The translations under genes were made by a program, and so were the position numbers. From NCBI RefSeq assembly GCF_009914755.1, contig NC_060947.1: a stretch of 64,000 bases of DNA. One strand, 5' to 3'. Below are positions 41,981 through 59,010 of this stretch, one piece after another. This stretch comes from the human T2T-CHM13v2.0 reference genome, Homo sapiens. How positions within the stretch are numbered: position 1 is the stretch's first letter; each line of letters opens with the position of its first letter. The notes beneath the pieces are model-generated. The model was not told the origin of the DNA. It ran no database searches and was given only the letters and a program-made list of their open reading frames with translations.

Positions 41981-44900
41981 CTATCATCTTATTTATTATA
42001 TTTTTGTCGACAAATCAGGCAAGTATGAAAAATATCACAGAAGTGAAGAAACTTAAAAAGTTAAACATCACTGTTCCCTTTTTAAAATTTTTTATGTCTG
42101 TGATTGATGTGCATTCATTTTTACTGCATGTTTTGCTCTTAGTTTGGATTTATGGTTTTGCGGTCTTAAACATCTAGCAGACACAAACCTGTCTGACCAG
42201 CAACCCAGGAAAAACAAACAATTTTGAAAACATTCCTATTTTTATTTTATCAACAATTTTAAAACAAGCTTTATTTACCAATGATCTACCTAAATCATGT
42301 GAACTTAGAAAAAAATACTTTTGGGTTAGTTTTATATTTCTGAGATTTTTGAAATAGTTAACTTACATGAGCCCTCATTTATGCCCCAGCCAATTTGAAT
42401 GGAACACCCTTAAAAGATTTTATAAAATGGTTTAGTAATACCATAAAATAGAACATATATGTAATGTTCAGACGTACATACATTCATACAAAGACATATA
42501 TAAACATATGAACAGAAGCAGATAAGCAGCCAATTTAAAAGTCGCTTATTAGGAGAAGTCCAAAGGTCATTCTAGGCTGCTGGTTGACCTGGAGTTGTTA
42601 TTGTTATTGCAAGGCAATTAATTTGAAAGCCTTTTGTTTAATATCTTTTCCTTTGAAATGTTCAGCTAATTTAGCTAAACCTGTAGCTTCCTTCTCTATT
42701 ATTTGTCGTTGTTGTTTTTTTAGGCAAAGCATTTTCTATGTTGAACAGGGATACGTTTCATTATTGTTCTGAGCTTAAGATTCTGTCCAAGGCATAAGAG
42801 TGGTTAAAAAGCGTATCTGGTTGTTCTAACTTTTGTAAGTGCTTATCTAGGTTTTTTTTTTTTTTTTTTTTATGAAGGATGTGTAGGTAACCAAGTAAAA
42901 AAGTCAGAGGATTCAGAGTACACAGAGGAGAACAGAGAGAAAGACACCTTAGAAGCCTCTATGTGCCAATTCAAAATACATCCAGTTGTTTCTGAAGTAT
43001 TCAGGATCTCTCCCCCTTTTTTTGTGCCCAGTAGATAAGCAATTTTGTTTAGGTTAAAACTTCCACACTGCAGCCATCAAAATTCTAAATTATTTTTGAT
43101 AATAGTCACCCATTTCTCTAGAAAGGCACAGGTTCTGACATGAAGTCTCAGACTCTCCGTATTTAAATAAATTCATTATTTTCTGTCTTCTTGGAACCTT
43201 TCCTACCAGAGTCCTTTACTAAACCCAATTCAGTTTCTGTTTGACCCAATCAGACACCTGAAGCCTCTCTACAGGACACAGTCTAGTTTCTATCATGACT
43301 TCTGAAACCAATCTGGATTAAAAAAATGCTCAAATAAACTCTGTGAACTTGACACAAGTTGTAGAGCTAGTGCATCTGAGAGGTCTTACTGGTGATGACC
43401 TCCAACTACAAAGCAAGAGGCAATGAGCACCAGGAGTTCAGTGGGGTACCTATATCTGTTTGCTTGTTCCTCCTAGAGATCATCATCAGGCAGTCTCCCT
43501 GGGATCCAACTTCTGACACCAGATCTAATAAAAGAAAAACTTTGGTACATTTCCATTTTAAAGAGTTTATTTGAGCATTCAGTGATTCATGAATTGGAGC
43601 AGCATCAGACTGCAAACAGCTAGCACTCTGCCAGGAGGGGCAAGAGGGGAAACGTCTATAAAGTTTGAGAATAGAGAGGAAGATAGATACCTTAGAAGCC
43701 TCTATTGGCACATAGGTTATACAGTTTGAGAACAGAAAGATAGATCTTTCTATTCCCCTCTGTATACTCTGATTCTCTGACTTTTTTACCTGCTTGTTTG
43801 CAGAAGCAAGACTAATAAACAATTTTGATTGGTTAGAGTGAAAATCCCTAGTTAGAGGTTAGTTGGTGATTTCTGATTGGTACAATTTCTAGTTTTAATT
43901 TACTGTGTACCTTGGGCCTTGGTTTGTTCATGTAAAAATTTAAAGTGTCAAAGCCGTAGTCTAATGGTCTCCTAATTAGACCCAGTCTAATGGTCTCCCA
44001 ATTAGAAATATTTAACAAGTGTAAGAACTCTTCACCTAACCCTAGATCCCAAAGATTTTCTCCTATGATTTCTTATGAAATTTTTATAGTTTAAAGTTTT
44101 ATATTTAAATCTATGATCCATTTTGAGTCAATTTTTGTATCAGGTATAAGGTTAAGTCAAGGTTTATATATTTGCTGATAGATGTCTAATTGTTCCAGCA
44201 CCATTTTTTGAAAAGGGTATTCATCCATTGAAATGCTTTTGCATCTTTGTCAAAAATTACTTATCTGTACTTGTATGTTGCTATGTCTGGGTTCTCTAGG
44301 TTCTCTACTCTATTCCATTGATCTATGTGTCTACTCCTCTGTCAATACCACACAATCTTGATTACAGTAGCTATATGAAATCTTAAAATTGGGTAGAGTG
44401 ATTTCTTTCACTTTATTCTTCTTTTTCAAGATTATATTAGCTCTTCTAGTTTATTTGACTTTCCATATATACATTTTAGACTAATCTTGTATATATCTGT
44501 AGAAAATCTTCTGGAATTTTTACAGGAATTTAGATAAATCTGTGTATCAGTTTGGAGAGAATTGACATCTTTATTATGTTGAGTCTTCAAATCCATGAAC
44601 ACCTTTTGTCTCTCATCTTATATCTTCTTTTATTTTTTTTCCATCAGTTATTTGTAGCTTTCAGCATCCAAATCCTATAAATAATTGTACTGAAAAAAAT
44701 TATTTGGTGGGACTGGCCGAGATGGCTGACTAGAAATAGCTAGGGTGCCTGGCTGTCATGGAGAGGAGTGAAAGGGGTGAGTAAATACAACACCTTTGAC
44801 TGAAACATCCAGGTACTCACACTGGGACTAATAAAGGAAAAACTTGACCCATAGAGAATGGAGGAAAGTCACGCAATACAACAACCCACTCAGGAGCAAC

Positions 44901-45626
44901 ATGGAGCCAAGGGAACCCCTCCCACCCAGGGAAGCAGTGAGTGAATGTGCAACCTTGGGAAACCACACTTTTCCCATGGATCTTTGTAATCCTTAGGTCA
45001 AGAGATCCCCTTGTAAACCCACTCCACCAGGGCTGTCAGTCTGACACACAGAGCTACATAGAGTCTTGGCAGAGCAGCCACTCAGGCACACACAGAGACC
45101 CAGGAGCTTTTCATACTCCAGCTCTGGGCTTCCCAGCAAAAGTAACTGCAACTCTAATGGAGCAGAAGGTTAGACCTCCACACATACCCCCTAGGAAATA
45201 AGGTGAATCCAAAGGGCTGAGCAGCGATGGTCTATGGGCCTCACTTCCATGGCACCTCACAGGATAAGACCCACTGGCTTGCAATTCCAGCCAGCTACCA
45301 GCAACAGTGTTGTGCCTACCTGGGATGGAGTTTCCAGAGGGGAGGGGCAGGCCACCATCTTTGCTGCTTGGATGACTCAGCCATTCCAGCCTGTGGGCTT
45401 TGGAGAGTCCAAACAGACGGAAGGCAGAAGGGGTCTCCCAGCATAGCACGGTTGCTCTACCAAAATATGGCCAGACTGCTTTGGTAAGTGGGTGCCCAAT
45501 CTGTTCCTCCCATCTGTGGCCTCCAGTCACCCCCACTGGTGTTTTTTGGCTGACAGAGATTTGAAAACTTCCTGGGACAGAGCTCCCAGAGGGAGGGGCA
45601 GCCCACCATCTTTGCTATTTGAGTGA

Positions 45627-46034
<408 letters not shown>

Positions 46035-47421
46035 TAAGCAGATGCCTGATCCTGTTCCTCCTGCTGGATGAGAACTCTCAATTGGAGTCTCCAGCCACCT
46101 CCTACAGGTGCATTCAGGCCAGCAACAGTTCCTTACCTTCCTGGGACAGAGCTCCCAGAGGAAGGGGTAGGCTACCATCTTTGCTGTTTTGAAGTCTTTA
46201 CTGGTGGTACCTCCAGGTACTGGAAAATCTGAGGTGACTAGGGACTGGAGTGGACCCCCAGCAAACTACAGCAGCCCTGTGGAAAAGTGATGAGACTTAA
46301 AAAAAAAAAACCATCCAAAGCAACCTTGAAGATTGAAGGTAGATAAGACCACAAAGATGAGAAAGAATCAGCATAAGAACACTGAAAACTCAAAAAGCTA
46401 GAGTGCACTCTTTCCTCCAAATGACCACATCACCTCTCCAGCAAGGATTTGGAACTGGGCTGAAGCTGAGATGGCTGAAATGACAGAAGTAGAGTTTAGC
46501 ATATAGATAAAAACAAACTTCACTGAGCTAAAGGAGTACATTATAACCCAATGCAAGGAAGCTAAAAATCTTGATAAAACATTACAAGAGCTGACAGACA
46601 AAATAGCCAGTATAGAGAAGAATGTAACCAGCCTGATAGAGCTGAAAAACACACTACAAGTATTACATAATGCAATCACAAGTATTAATAGCAGAATAGA
46701 CCAAGTGGAGGAAAGAATCTGAGATCTTGAAGACAAGCAGACAAGAATAGAGAAGAAATATTGAAAAGGAATGAACAAAACCTCTGAGAAATGTGCGATT
46801 AGGTAAAGAGACTGTCTATGACTGATTGGTGTACCTGAAAGAGATGGGGAGAATGGAACCAATTTTAAAAACATATTTCAGGATATCATCCATGAGAACT
46901 TCCCCAACATAGCTAGACAGGCCAACATTCATATTCAGGAAATGCAGAGAACCTCAGTAAGATACTCCATGAGAATATCATTCCCAAGACACATAATCAT
47001 CAGTTTCACCAAGGTTGAAATGAAAGAAAAAATTTTAAGGGTAGCTAGAGAGAAAGGCCAGGTCACCTACAAAGGGAAACCCATTAGACTAACAGTAGAC
47101 CTCTCAGTGGAAACCCTAAAAGCCAGAAGAGATTGAGGGCCAATATTCAACATTCTTAAAGAGAAGAAATTCCAACCCAGAATTTCATATCTGGCCAAAC
47201 TAAGCTTCATAAGTGAAGGAGAAATAAGATCCTTTTTAGACAAGCAAATGCTGAGGGAATTCATTACCATCAGACCTGCCTTGCAATAGCTCCTGAAAGA
47301 AGCACTAAATATGGAAAGGAAAGACTGTTACCAGCCACTACAAAAACACACTGAAGTACACAGATAAGTGACACTATAAAGCAACCACATGTAGAAGTCT
47401 GCAAAATAGCCAGCTAACATC

Positions 47422-51270
<3,849 letters not shown>

Positions 51271-51789
51271 GGAATAGAAATCATTCTGTTATAAAGACAC
51301 ATGCACGTGTATGTTCGTTGCAGCACTATTCACAATAGCAAAGACATAGAATTAACCTAAATGTCCATCAATGATAGATCGGATAAAGAAAATGTGATAT
51401 ATATGTACACCACAGAATACTATGCAACCATAAGAAAGAATGAGATCATGTCCTTTGCAGGAACATGGATGGAGCTAGAGGCCATTTTCCTTAGCAAACT
51501 AACAGAAGAACAGAAAACCAAATACCACATGTTCTCACTTATATGTGGGAGCTAGATGATGAGAACACACGGATGCAAAGAGGGGAACAAGACACACTGG
51601 TGCCTTTCAGAGGGTGGAGTGTGGGAGGAGGGAGAGGATCAGGAAAAACATCTAATGGGTACTAGGCTTAATACCTGAGTGACGAAATGATCTGTACAAC
51701 AAAGCTCCATGACACAAGCTTACCTGTGTAACAAACCTGCACTTGTACCCCTAAACTTAAAATAAAAGTTAAAAAAACTATTTAACTAT

Positions 51790-54230
51790 TTAAATTGACA
51801 AAATTATACATATTTATCACTTAAAACATGATGTTTTGAAATATGTATACATTGTGAAATGGCTAAATAAAGCTAATTGTTATATGCATTATCTCATATA
51901 CTTATCATTTTTGTGGTGAGAACACTTAAAATCTCTTAGCAATTTTCAAGAATACGTTTTTATTAACAATAGTTACTGTGTTGTGCAATAGATTCCTTGA
52001 ACTTATTCCTTTTATTTAACTGAAATTTTTTATTCTTTATCTCTCCAATACCCTCACCACCACCCACAACCCCTGGTAACTACCATTTTACTCTGCTTTT
52101 ATGAGTTCAACTTTTTTAGATTCCACATATAAGTGAGATAATGTAGTATTTGTCTTTCGGTGCCTGGTTTAAGTTAGCAGTGACATCAAGTTTCATCCAT
52201 GTTGATGCAAATGACAGAATTTCCTTCTTTTTAAAGGCTATGTAGTATTTCCTTGTGTATATATACTAACTTTTCTTTATCCATGCATCCGTTGATGGAC
52301 AATTAGATTGCCACATGGGAGGGCAGATATCTTTTTGACATATTGATTTCATTTCCTTTGCACATTTACCCAGAAGTGGGATTACTGCCTCAAACAGTAA
52401 TTCTCCTTTTAGATTTTTGAAGAACCACTATATGGTTTTTGAAATGGCCATTCCAATCTACATTCCCACCAGCAGTGTACCAGGGTTCCATTTTGTCTAC
52501 ATTCTCACCAATACTTGTTGTCTTTAGTTTTTTTGATAATAGCCATTCTAACAGGTGCAAGCTATTATCTCATCATAGGTTTTTTTTTAATTTTAATTTT
52601 TACTTTTTCTGGGTACATAGTAGGTGTATATATTTATGGTTTACATAAGATGTATTGGAGTTGCACTAAATGTTATTTGTTTTTTTTCTTACTGCTTTTA
52701 GGATCCTTTCTTTATCCATGACTTTTGGGAGATTGATTATTGAATGCCTTGAGGTAGTCTTTTTAGTGCTAAATCTGCTTGGTATTCTGTAATTTTTTTG
52801 GTATTTTAATATTGATATATTTCTCTAGGCTTGGGAAGTTCTCCGTTATTATCTCTTTGAATAATTTTTCTATCCCCATCTCTCTCTGTACTTTCTCTTT
52901 AAGGACAATATCTCTTAGATTTGCCCTTTGGAGGCTATTTTCTAGATTTGTAGGCTTAAAAAATCTTTTTTTTCTGTTGTCTCCTCTGACTGTGTATTTT
53001 CAAATAACCTGTCTTCAAGATCACTAGTTCTTTGTTCTGCTAGATCACTTATGCTGTTGAGAGACTCTGATGCATTCTTCAAAATGCCAATTGCATTTTT
53101 CAGCTCCAGAATTTCTGCTTGATTTTAAAAAATTATTTCAGTCTTTTTGTTGAATTTATCTGATAGAATTCTGACTTCCTTTTCTGTGTTCTCTTGAACT
53201 TCTTTGAGTTTCCTCAACACAGCTATTTTGAAATCGCTGCCTGAAAGGTCACATATCTCTCTTTCTCCAGGATGGGTCTCTGGTGCTTTATTTATTTAGT
53301 TTGTTGAAGTCGTGTTTTCCTGGATGGCGTTGGTGCTTGTAGATGTTCTTCGGTGTCTGGGCAGTGAAAATTTAAGTATTTATTGTAGTCTTCTCAGTCT
53401 GGGCTTGTCTGTACCTGTTCTTCTTGTGAAGGCTTTCCAGATATCCAAAAGGACTTGGATGTTGTGATCTAAGGTGTGTTTGCTTGAAGTTACTACCATG
53501 TATTATGAGTGTTCATCTGATTTTTGGTTCTTATAAAGGTGCTTTTTTGTGTAGATACTTGTTAAATTGGAGTCCTTTTGAGGGGGATGATTAGAGGAGT
53601 CTTCTATTGCTCCATCTTGCTCTGCCCCAAATCTTCATCATAGTTTAATTTACATTTCCCCCAATGATTAGAGATGTTGAACATTTTAACATATACCTGT
53701 TGGCTACTCATATGCCTTCTTTTAAGAAATGTTTTTTCAGGTCCTTTGCCCACTTGTTAATTGAGTTATTTGATTTCTTGCTCTTGTTGTTTGAGTTCCT
53801 TATGTATTTTGGATATTACCCCTTATCAGACGTATGGTTGCAAATATATTCTCCCATACCATAGATTGTCTCTTTACTTTGCTGTGCAGAGGCTTTTTAG
53901 TTTGATGCAATCCCATTTGTCTATTTTTGTGCTCGTTGCCTGTGCTTTTGGGGTCATATTAAAAAAAATATTGACCAGACCAATGTCATAGAGTTTTTCC
54001 CAATGTTTTCCTCCAGTAGTTTTATAGTTTCGGGTCTTACATTTAAGTCTCATTCTTCTGCATGTGGATATCAACACCATTGTTGCCTCAATACCATTTA
54101 TTGAAGACACTGTCCTTTCTTGATTGTGTGCTCTTAGCACCTTTGTCAAAAATCAATTGACCATAAATGTGTTAATTTATTTCAGGACTCTCTATTGAGT
54201 CCCACTGATCTATGTATCTGTTTTTATGCC
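51790..54230 (-). mobile_element. L1MA-like 3' fragment containing a nested ~1-kb deleted L1 (52579-53634)
   Basis: Reverse L1 3'UTR and ORF2 C-terminal sequence (KIDKWDCIKLKSLCTAK); nested element flanked by TCATCATAG. Confidence 0.85.
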
Positions 54231-55317
54231 AGGAGGGCTGAAGTCTGTATAACAAGGGCCAGTTTGGAGGCTGAGTCCATGAGTGGTGGCCTAATGACTA
54301 GAGCTGTGGGGACCAGCCTAGTTCTGGGGTTGGCCTGAAGTGTCAGGGCCATTGGTGTTAGCTTGGTGGTGGAGTGAGCTGGTGGCTCAGTCTGTGGGTA
54401 CTGGCATAGAGTGTGGGACTACTGGGGCCTGCCCAGCCCTGGGCTTTATTGAGGCAGACCCAGTGTTGGGGTCCAAGGCAAAGTCCAGTGCTCACTTCCC
54501 TCTCCTTTTTTCCAGGTGAAGGGTATCCTTTTCTCCCATTCCCCTGCAGTATCAGTGGAGGTCACCGACACTGCAAGGGGATGGTGATCTTGTTACTACT
54601 GGGCAGTAATGTAAGTTCTGACTCTTCACTAAGCCTACTCTGATACAACCCTAGCAGGGAGATAGAGTGAGCACTCCATTACCACTGGGTGGAGGCTAAA
54701 GTCCAGGCTCCCTACATGGACTCCACTAATGATGCGGGAAGAATGGTATTCCTTGCTACTGCCTTTGGGGCAAAGAAGATCTTAGCTTCCCAGTAACCTC
54801 TCTGACACCACCCCAGTGGGTGGGGGGTTGCGGGGAGGTTGGGGTGCCTCGTTATGGCCTGGCAAAAATGGAAATCTGGGCCCTCCTCTTGGCCTTGCTG
54901 GTGTGAGTAAGGCCACAGTTTTTTCTGTCCTTCTAGGCTATCCCCTTTCCTAGTCCTTTGGCAAGAGAGATATGGCCTTTGTTGTGGTTTAAAAAAAATC
55001 TCCATCCATTGGCATTTCCAAATTGCCAGCTTCTCCAGCACTTATTCAAGACTCTCCAAGTCTTGGATATATGAAACAAAAAGAAAACAAGGAACTCACA
55101 ATCATGTCATTCCTTGGATCCCAAGGTCCCTAGCCCATCTGTCCTATTTTCACTTTTCAGTGTCTTCCTTTTTTTAAAAAAAATTATTGATACATATTTG
55201 TACATATTTATGGGGAACATGTGATATTTTATTACAATGATCAAATCAGGGTATTCAGGGTGTCCATTGCCTTGAGTATTTATCATTTTTATGTGTTGGG
55301 ACCATTTTAAGTCCCCC

Positions 55318-55612
55318 CTTTTTAAAATTTGAGACAGAGTGTCACTCTATTGCCCAGGCTAAAGTGCAATGGCGTGATTATAGCTCACTGCAGCCTCGAA
55401 TTCCTGGGCTTATGTGATCCTCTCACCTCAGCCTCCTGAGTAACTGGGACTATAGGCATGCTCCACCACTTCTGGCTAATTTTTTAATTTTTGTAGAGAT
55501 GGGGGTCTCACCATGTTGCCCAGGCTGGTCTTGAACTCCTGGACTCAAGCAATCTGCCTGCCTCAGCCTCCTAAAGGGATGAGATTATAGGCATGAGCCA
55601 CCATGCCTAGCC
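55318..55612 (-). mobile_element. AluJ-like element inside an L1 3' fragment
   Basis: Reverse diverged Alu. Confidence 0.9.
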
Positions 55613-55772
55613 TTCAAGTCCTTTCTTCTAACTATTTTGACATATGCAATATATTGTTAACTGTAGTCACCCCACTCTACTATTGAACGTTAGAACTCAT
55701 TCCTTCTATTTAACTGTATATTTGTACCCACTAATCAACCTCCAGTATCTTCTTATGTTTGGTTTACATATA

Positions 55773-56130
55773 CAGTCATCCCTCCATATCCATGAGTTCT
55801 GTATCCTTGGATTCAACCAACCTCAGATAAAAAACATTTGGAAAAAAAATTAGGGATGAGTAAGAGGAATAAAAAAATTAAAAAATTAAACAAAGGAAAT
55901 AAACTAAGAACAATACAAAATAAATAATACAAATAAAAAATACAGTATAATAACCATTTACATAGCATTTACATTATATTAGGTATTATAAATAATCTAG
56001 AGATAATTTAAGACATACTGCAGGATGTCTGTAGGTTTCATGCAAATACTATGACATTTTATTTAGGGAACTTTAGCATCTGCATATTTTGCTACCTGTG
56101 GGGGTCCTAGTAGATACTGAGGGTTGACTG
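55773..56130. mobile_element. MER2-like (Tigger) MITE
   Basis: TIRs CAGTCATCCCTC / GAGGGTTGACTG with a TA target duplication. Confidence 0.85.
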
Positions 56131-56852
56131 TAATGTCCAGGATTTTTAGTTGTACTTAGCAGAAAGAATCGGAAAAAGTACTTCTACTTCATCTTTAAAG
56201 TACTTCTACTTCATCTTTCTGCAAGCAGAAGTCCCTCACAGTCTTTTACAGCCCAATCTTAGTAGCAACATCCCATCACTTTTGTTGCATTTTATTTGCT
56301 AGAAGCAAGTCAATAGGTCCAACTCACACACAAGAGAACAGGGTTATATAAGGGCATGAATACCAGGAGGTGAGAATCACTAGGAGCCATTTTAGAAATA
56401 TACCTACCACACCAGAGCTACTCAAATTGTGACCCCTGGTTCAGCAGCATCAGCATCACTTGAAACTTGTTAGAAATGCAAATTCTTGGGTCTCACTTGA
56501 GACCCACGGAATCAGAAACTCTGGGGCTAGGACCGGCACTATGTATTTTTAACAAGCCCTCCAGGGAATTCAAATGCACACTAAAGTTTGAGAATCACAC
56601 CTCTAAGCAATTTACTAAGCCTTTTTTTCTAGCTTGTGTTTGATTACTTCAGGTGACAGGAAAAACCCACCTATCCTGCAAGGCAGCCCGTTTCATTTTT
56701 TTGCTCTCAGTATTTTATTGTATAAATAATCTATATTTATTTTAGTAGAATCAGATAGTATAGAAAAAATCTGCCTTACCATTACCACCAAAAGATAACC
56801 ACCACTGAACTTCTGGTATATATTATGATTCTAGATTTTTAAAAAATATAGC

Positions 56853-57160
56853 CTTTTCTTTTTTTTTTTTTTAAGAGTTGAGTCTCTCTCTGTCACCCAG
56901 GCTGGAGTGTAGTGGTGTGATCATGGCTCACTGCAGCCTCAAACTCCTAGGCTCAAGTGATCCTTCTGCTTCAACCTCCTGAGTATCTAGGACTACAGGC
57001 ACACACCATCACACCTGGTTAATTAAAATAATTTTTTTTTTGTAGGGATGGGATCTCCTTATGTTGCTCAGGCTGGTTTCAGACTCCTGGCTTCAAGCAA
57101 TCCTCCTGCCTCAGCCTCCCAAAGTGCTGAGATTACAGGTGTGAACCACCATACCCGGCC
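56853..57160 (-). mobile_element. AluJ-like
   Basis: Reverse diverged Alu with poly-T. Confidence 0.9.
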
Positions 57161-59010
57161 AACATATCCTTTTAAAAAAGGGATTGCACCATAAATACAA
57201 GTTTATAATTGATTTTTTTACATAACCTATTCTGTTTTTGAGTGGTTTTAACAGAAAGTGTGTCCTTATACTGAGTTCAATTTTGCCTCTTTGTAATTTC
57301 CAATCATTGGCTTTAATTTTGCCTCTAGCACTACAAAACCCATTTGTTTTGCCACAAAAGTCTTCAAATATGAGTGTGAAGTTACCATGTAATTCCTATT
57401 CAAGATAAATATATACAGATCTTTTAAAATTTCCTCCTGTCACAGCTTCTAGAACATTCACCATTGTATGGTGTTTTTTCTGACAACATTCTTAGTAGTT
57501 CTCAAAGTGTGGTCCCCGGGCTATTTTCATCTGAGAACTTGTTAGAAATACACATTCCTGGGCCTCACCCCGATCTACTGAATCAGAAACTGGTGGGGCC
57601 CAGCAATCTGCGATTTAACAAGTCTTCTGGATGATTATGATGCATAATGAGAACCAAAGACATAACTCATTGATTCCTATCTCAGGGAGTAAATGTGGAT
57701 TTTACTCCTAATTCAGGCACTATATTTCTATTGATGTATTGAAAGATTGTATTTCCTTTTCTGGACAGCTGCAGATCATCTTGTTTCATATGAGCTTTCA
57801 GCAATTAAAATCCCAGGTTATTTTCCATATGAATGGCTTCATCAGGTGTCCTTAGCCTATACATGTACTATTGATTTTTTTAAGAAAGCCTTAACTTGTG
57901 ATCTTGATATTTTCCCCTGTTTAATAATATCTTGTGTTTGGCTTTAGTTTCAACTGTTGGAGATATTTTGGACTTTTGAGTCTGTTAATTCTAATTTCTG
58001 GCATCTGTGACTCTTACAGGCATGTCTTTTTTTTGAGTCATTGATAAAAAGAACAAAAGTACTGAAAAGGTACAGGCCCAAGTTCAGAGCCCCAGGCAAA
58101 GTGCTGGAAATGGTGCTCCAGGTTCAATGTGGTGTAATAAAATATGTATTGGTACTTACTATGACTTTAAGGCTTTGTTTTAGGCCCTGAAGTTCGACTC
58201 TGCAGCAGAGGAGCCAAGGGCTCAGGGAAAGCAGCAAGGACTGACTCAGTATATGATACATTGGACAGGGCACCAGCTAGGATGAATAACCGTCCCAATT
58301 TGCCCAGGACTATTCATGTTTTAGCCTTGAAGATCTTGCATCCCAGAAAAACCTGAATGGTTGATCACTCTAGCATTGGTGGACCTTCTGTATGAAGTGT
58401 ATGAGATGGGACCTCAGGTGTGCCATTTGGCGATTAGATGAACGAACAATCTTTGAGGTTAGACAGCTTGGGAGACACCTTGGAGGCAGATCTGTAGATT
58501 ACACACATGCACGTTTACACATACACACACACACAACACACACACGTTTTCTTTTAAATTAAGTTAACTTTAGCATTTTCTTATGTCATTAAACATTGTT
58601 CTATAGGTCCATTTATAAGTACTATACTCCATTATATAGATGTAGCACAATTTATTTAATAGATCCCTTATTGCTGAACATTTTGGTTGCTGATGGGTAA
58701 GATTTTGACAGCTGAAAGTCCTGAAAATGATGAAAACCAGCATTTTTACTCAGTTCTAAAATGTTACCAATTGTAAGATGCACCATTAATTTAAATAAAA
58801 GCTTTTAAGGAGAAAGTATAAGAAACTCTGTATCAAATATACATTTAAAAGTGACAGCATAAATTTATTCATATGATTTTAAATAGACTGCTTTCCCTTT
58901 TAGAATCATGACCAAATTTTGAATTTTTTTCATAGACTCTTAATATTTTCCTGAATTGCTTTTCTCCTCAAACATTCCAAGTGACTTGCTGCTTTCCATA
59001 ATGTTCTCAT

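Noticed and set aside
43500-43522. tRNA-like sequence
   Set aside because: Only about 18 nt complementary to a tRNA 3' end; this is a retroviral primer-binding site, not a tRNA gene.
54817-54844. G-quadruplex-like G-runs
   Set aside because: An isolated motif in old repeat sequence far from the promoter; such motifs are common.
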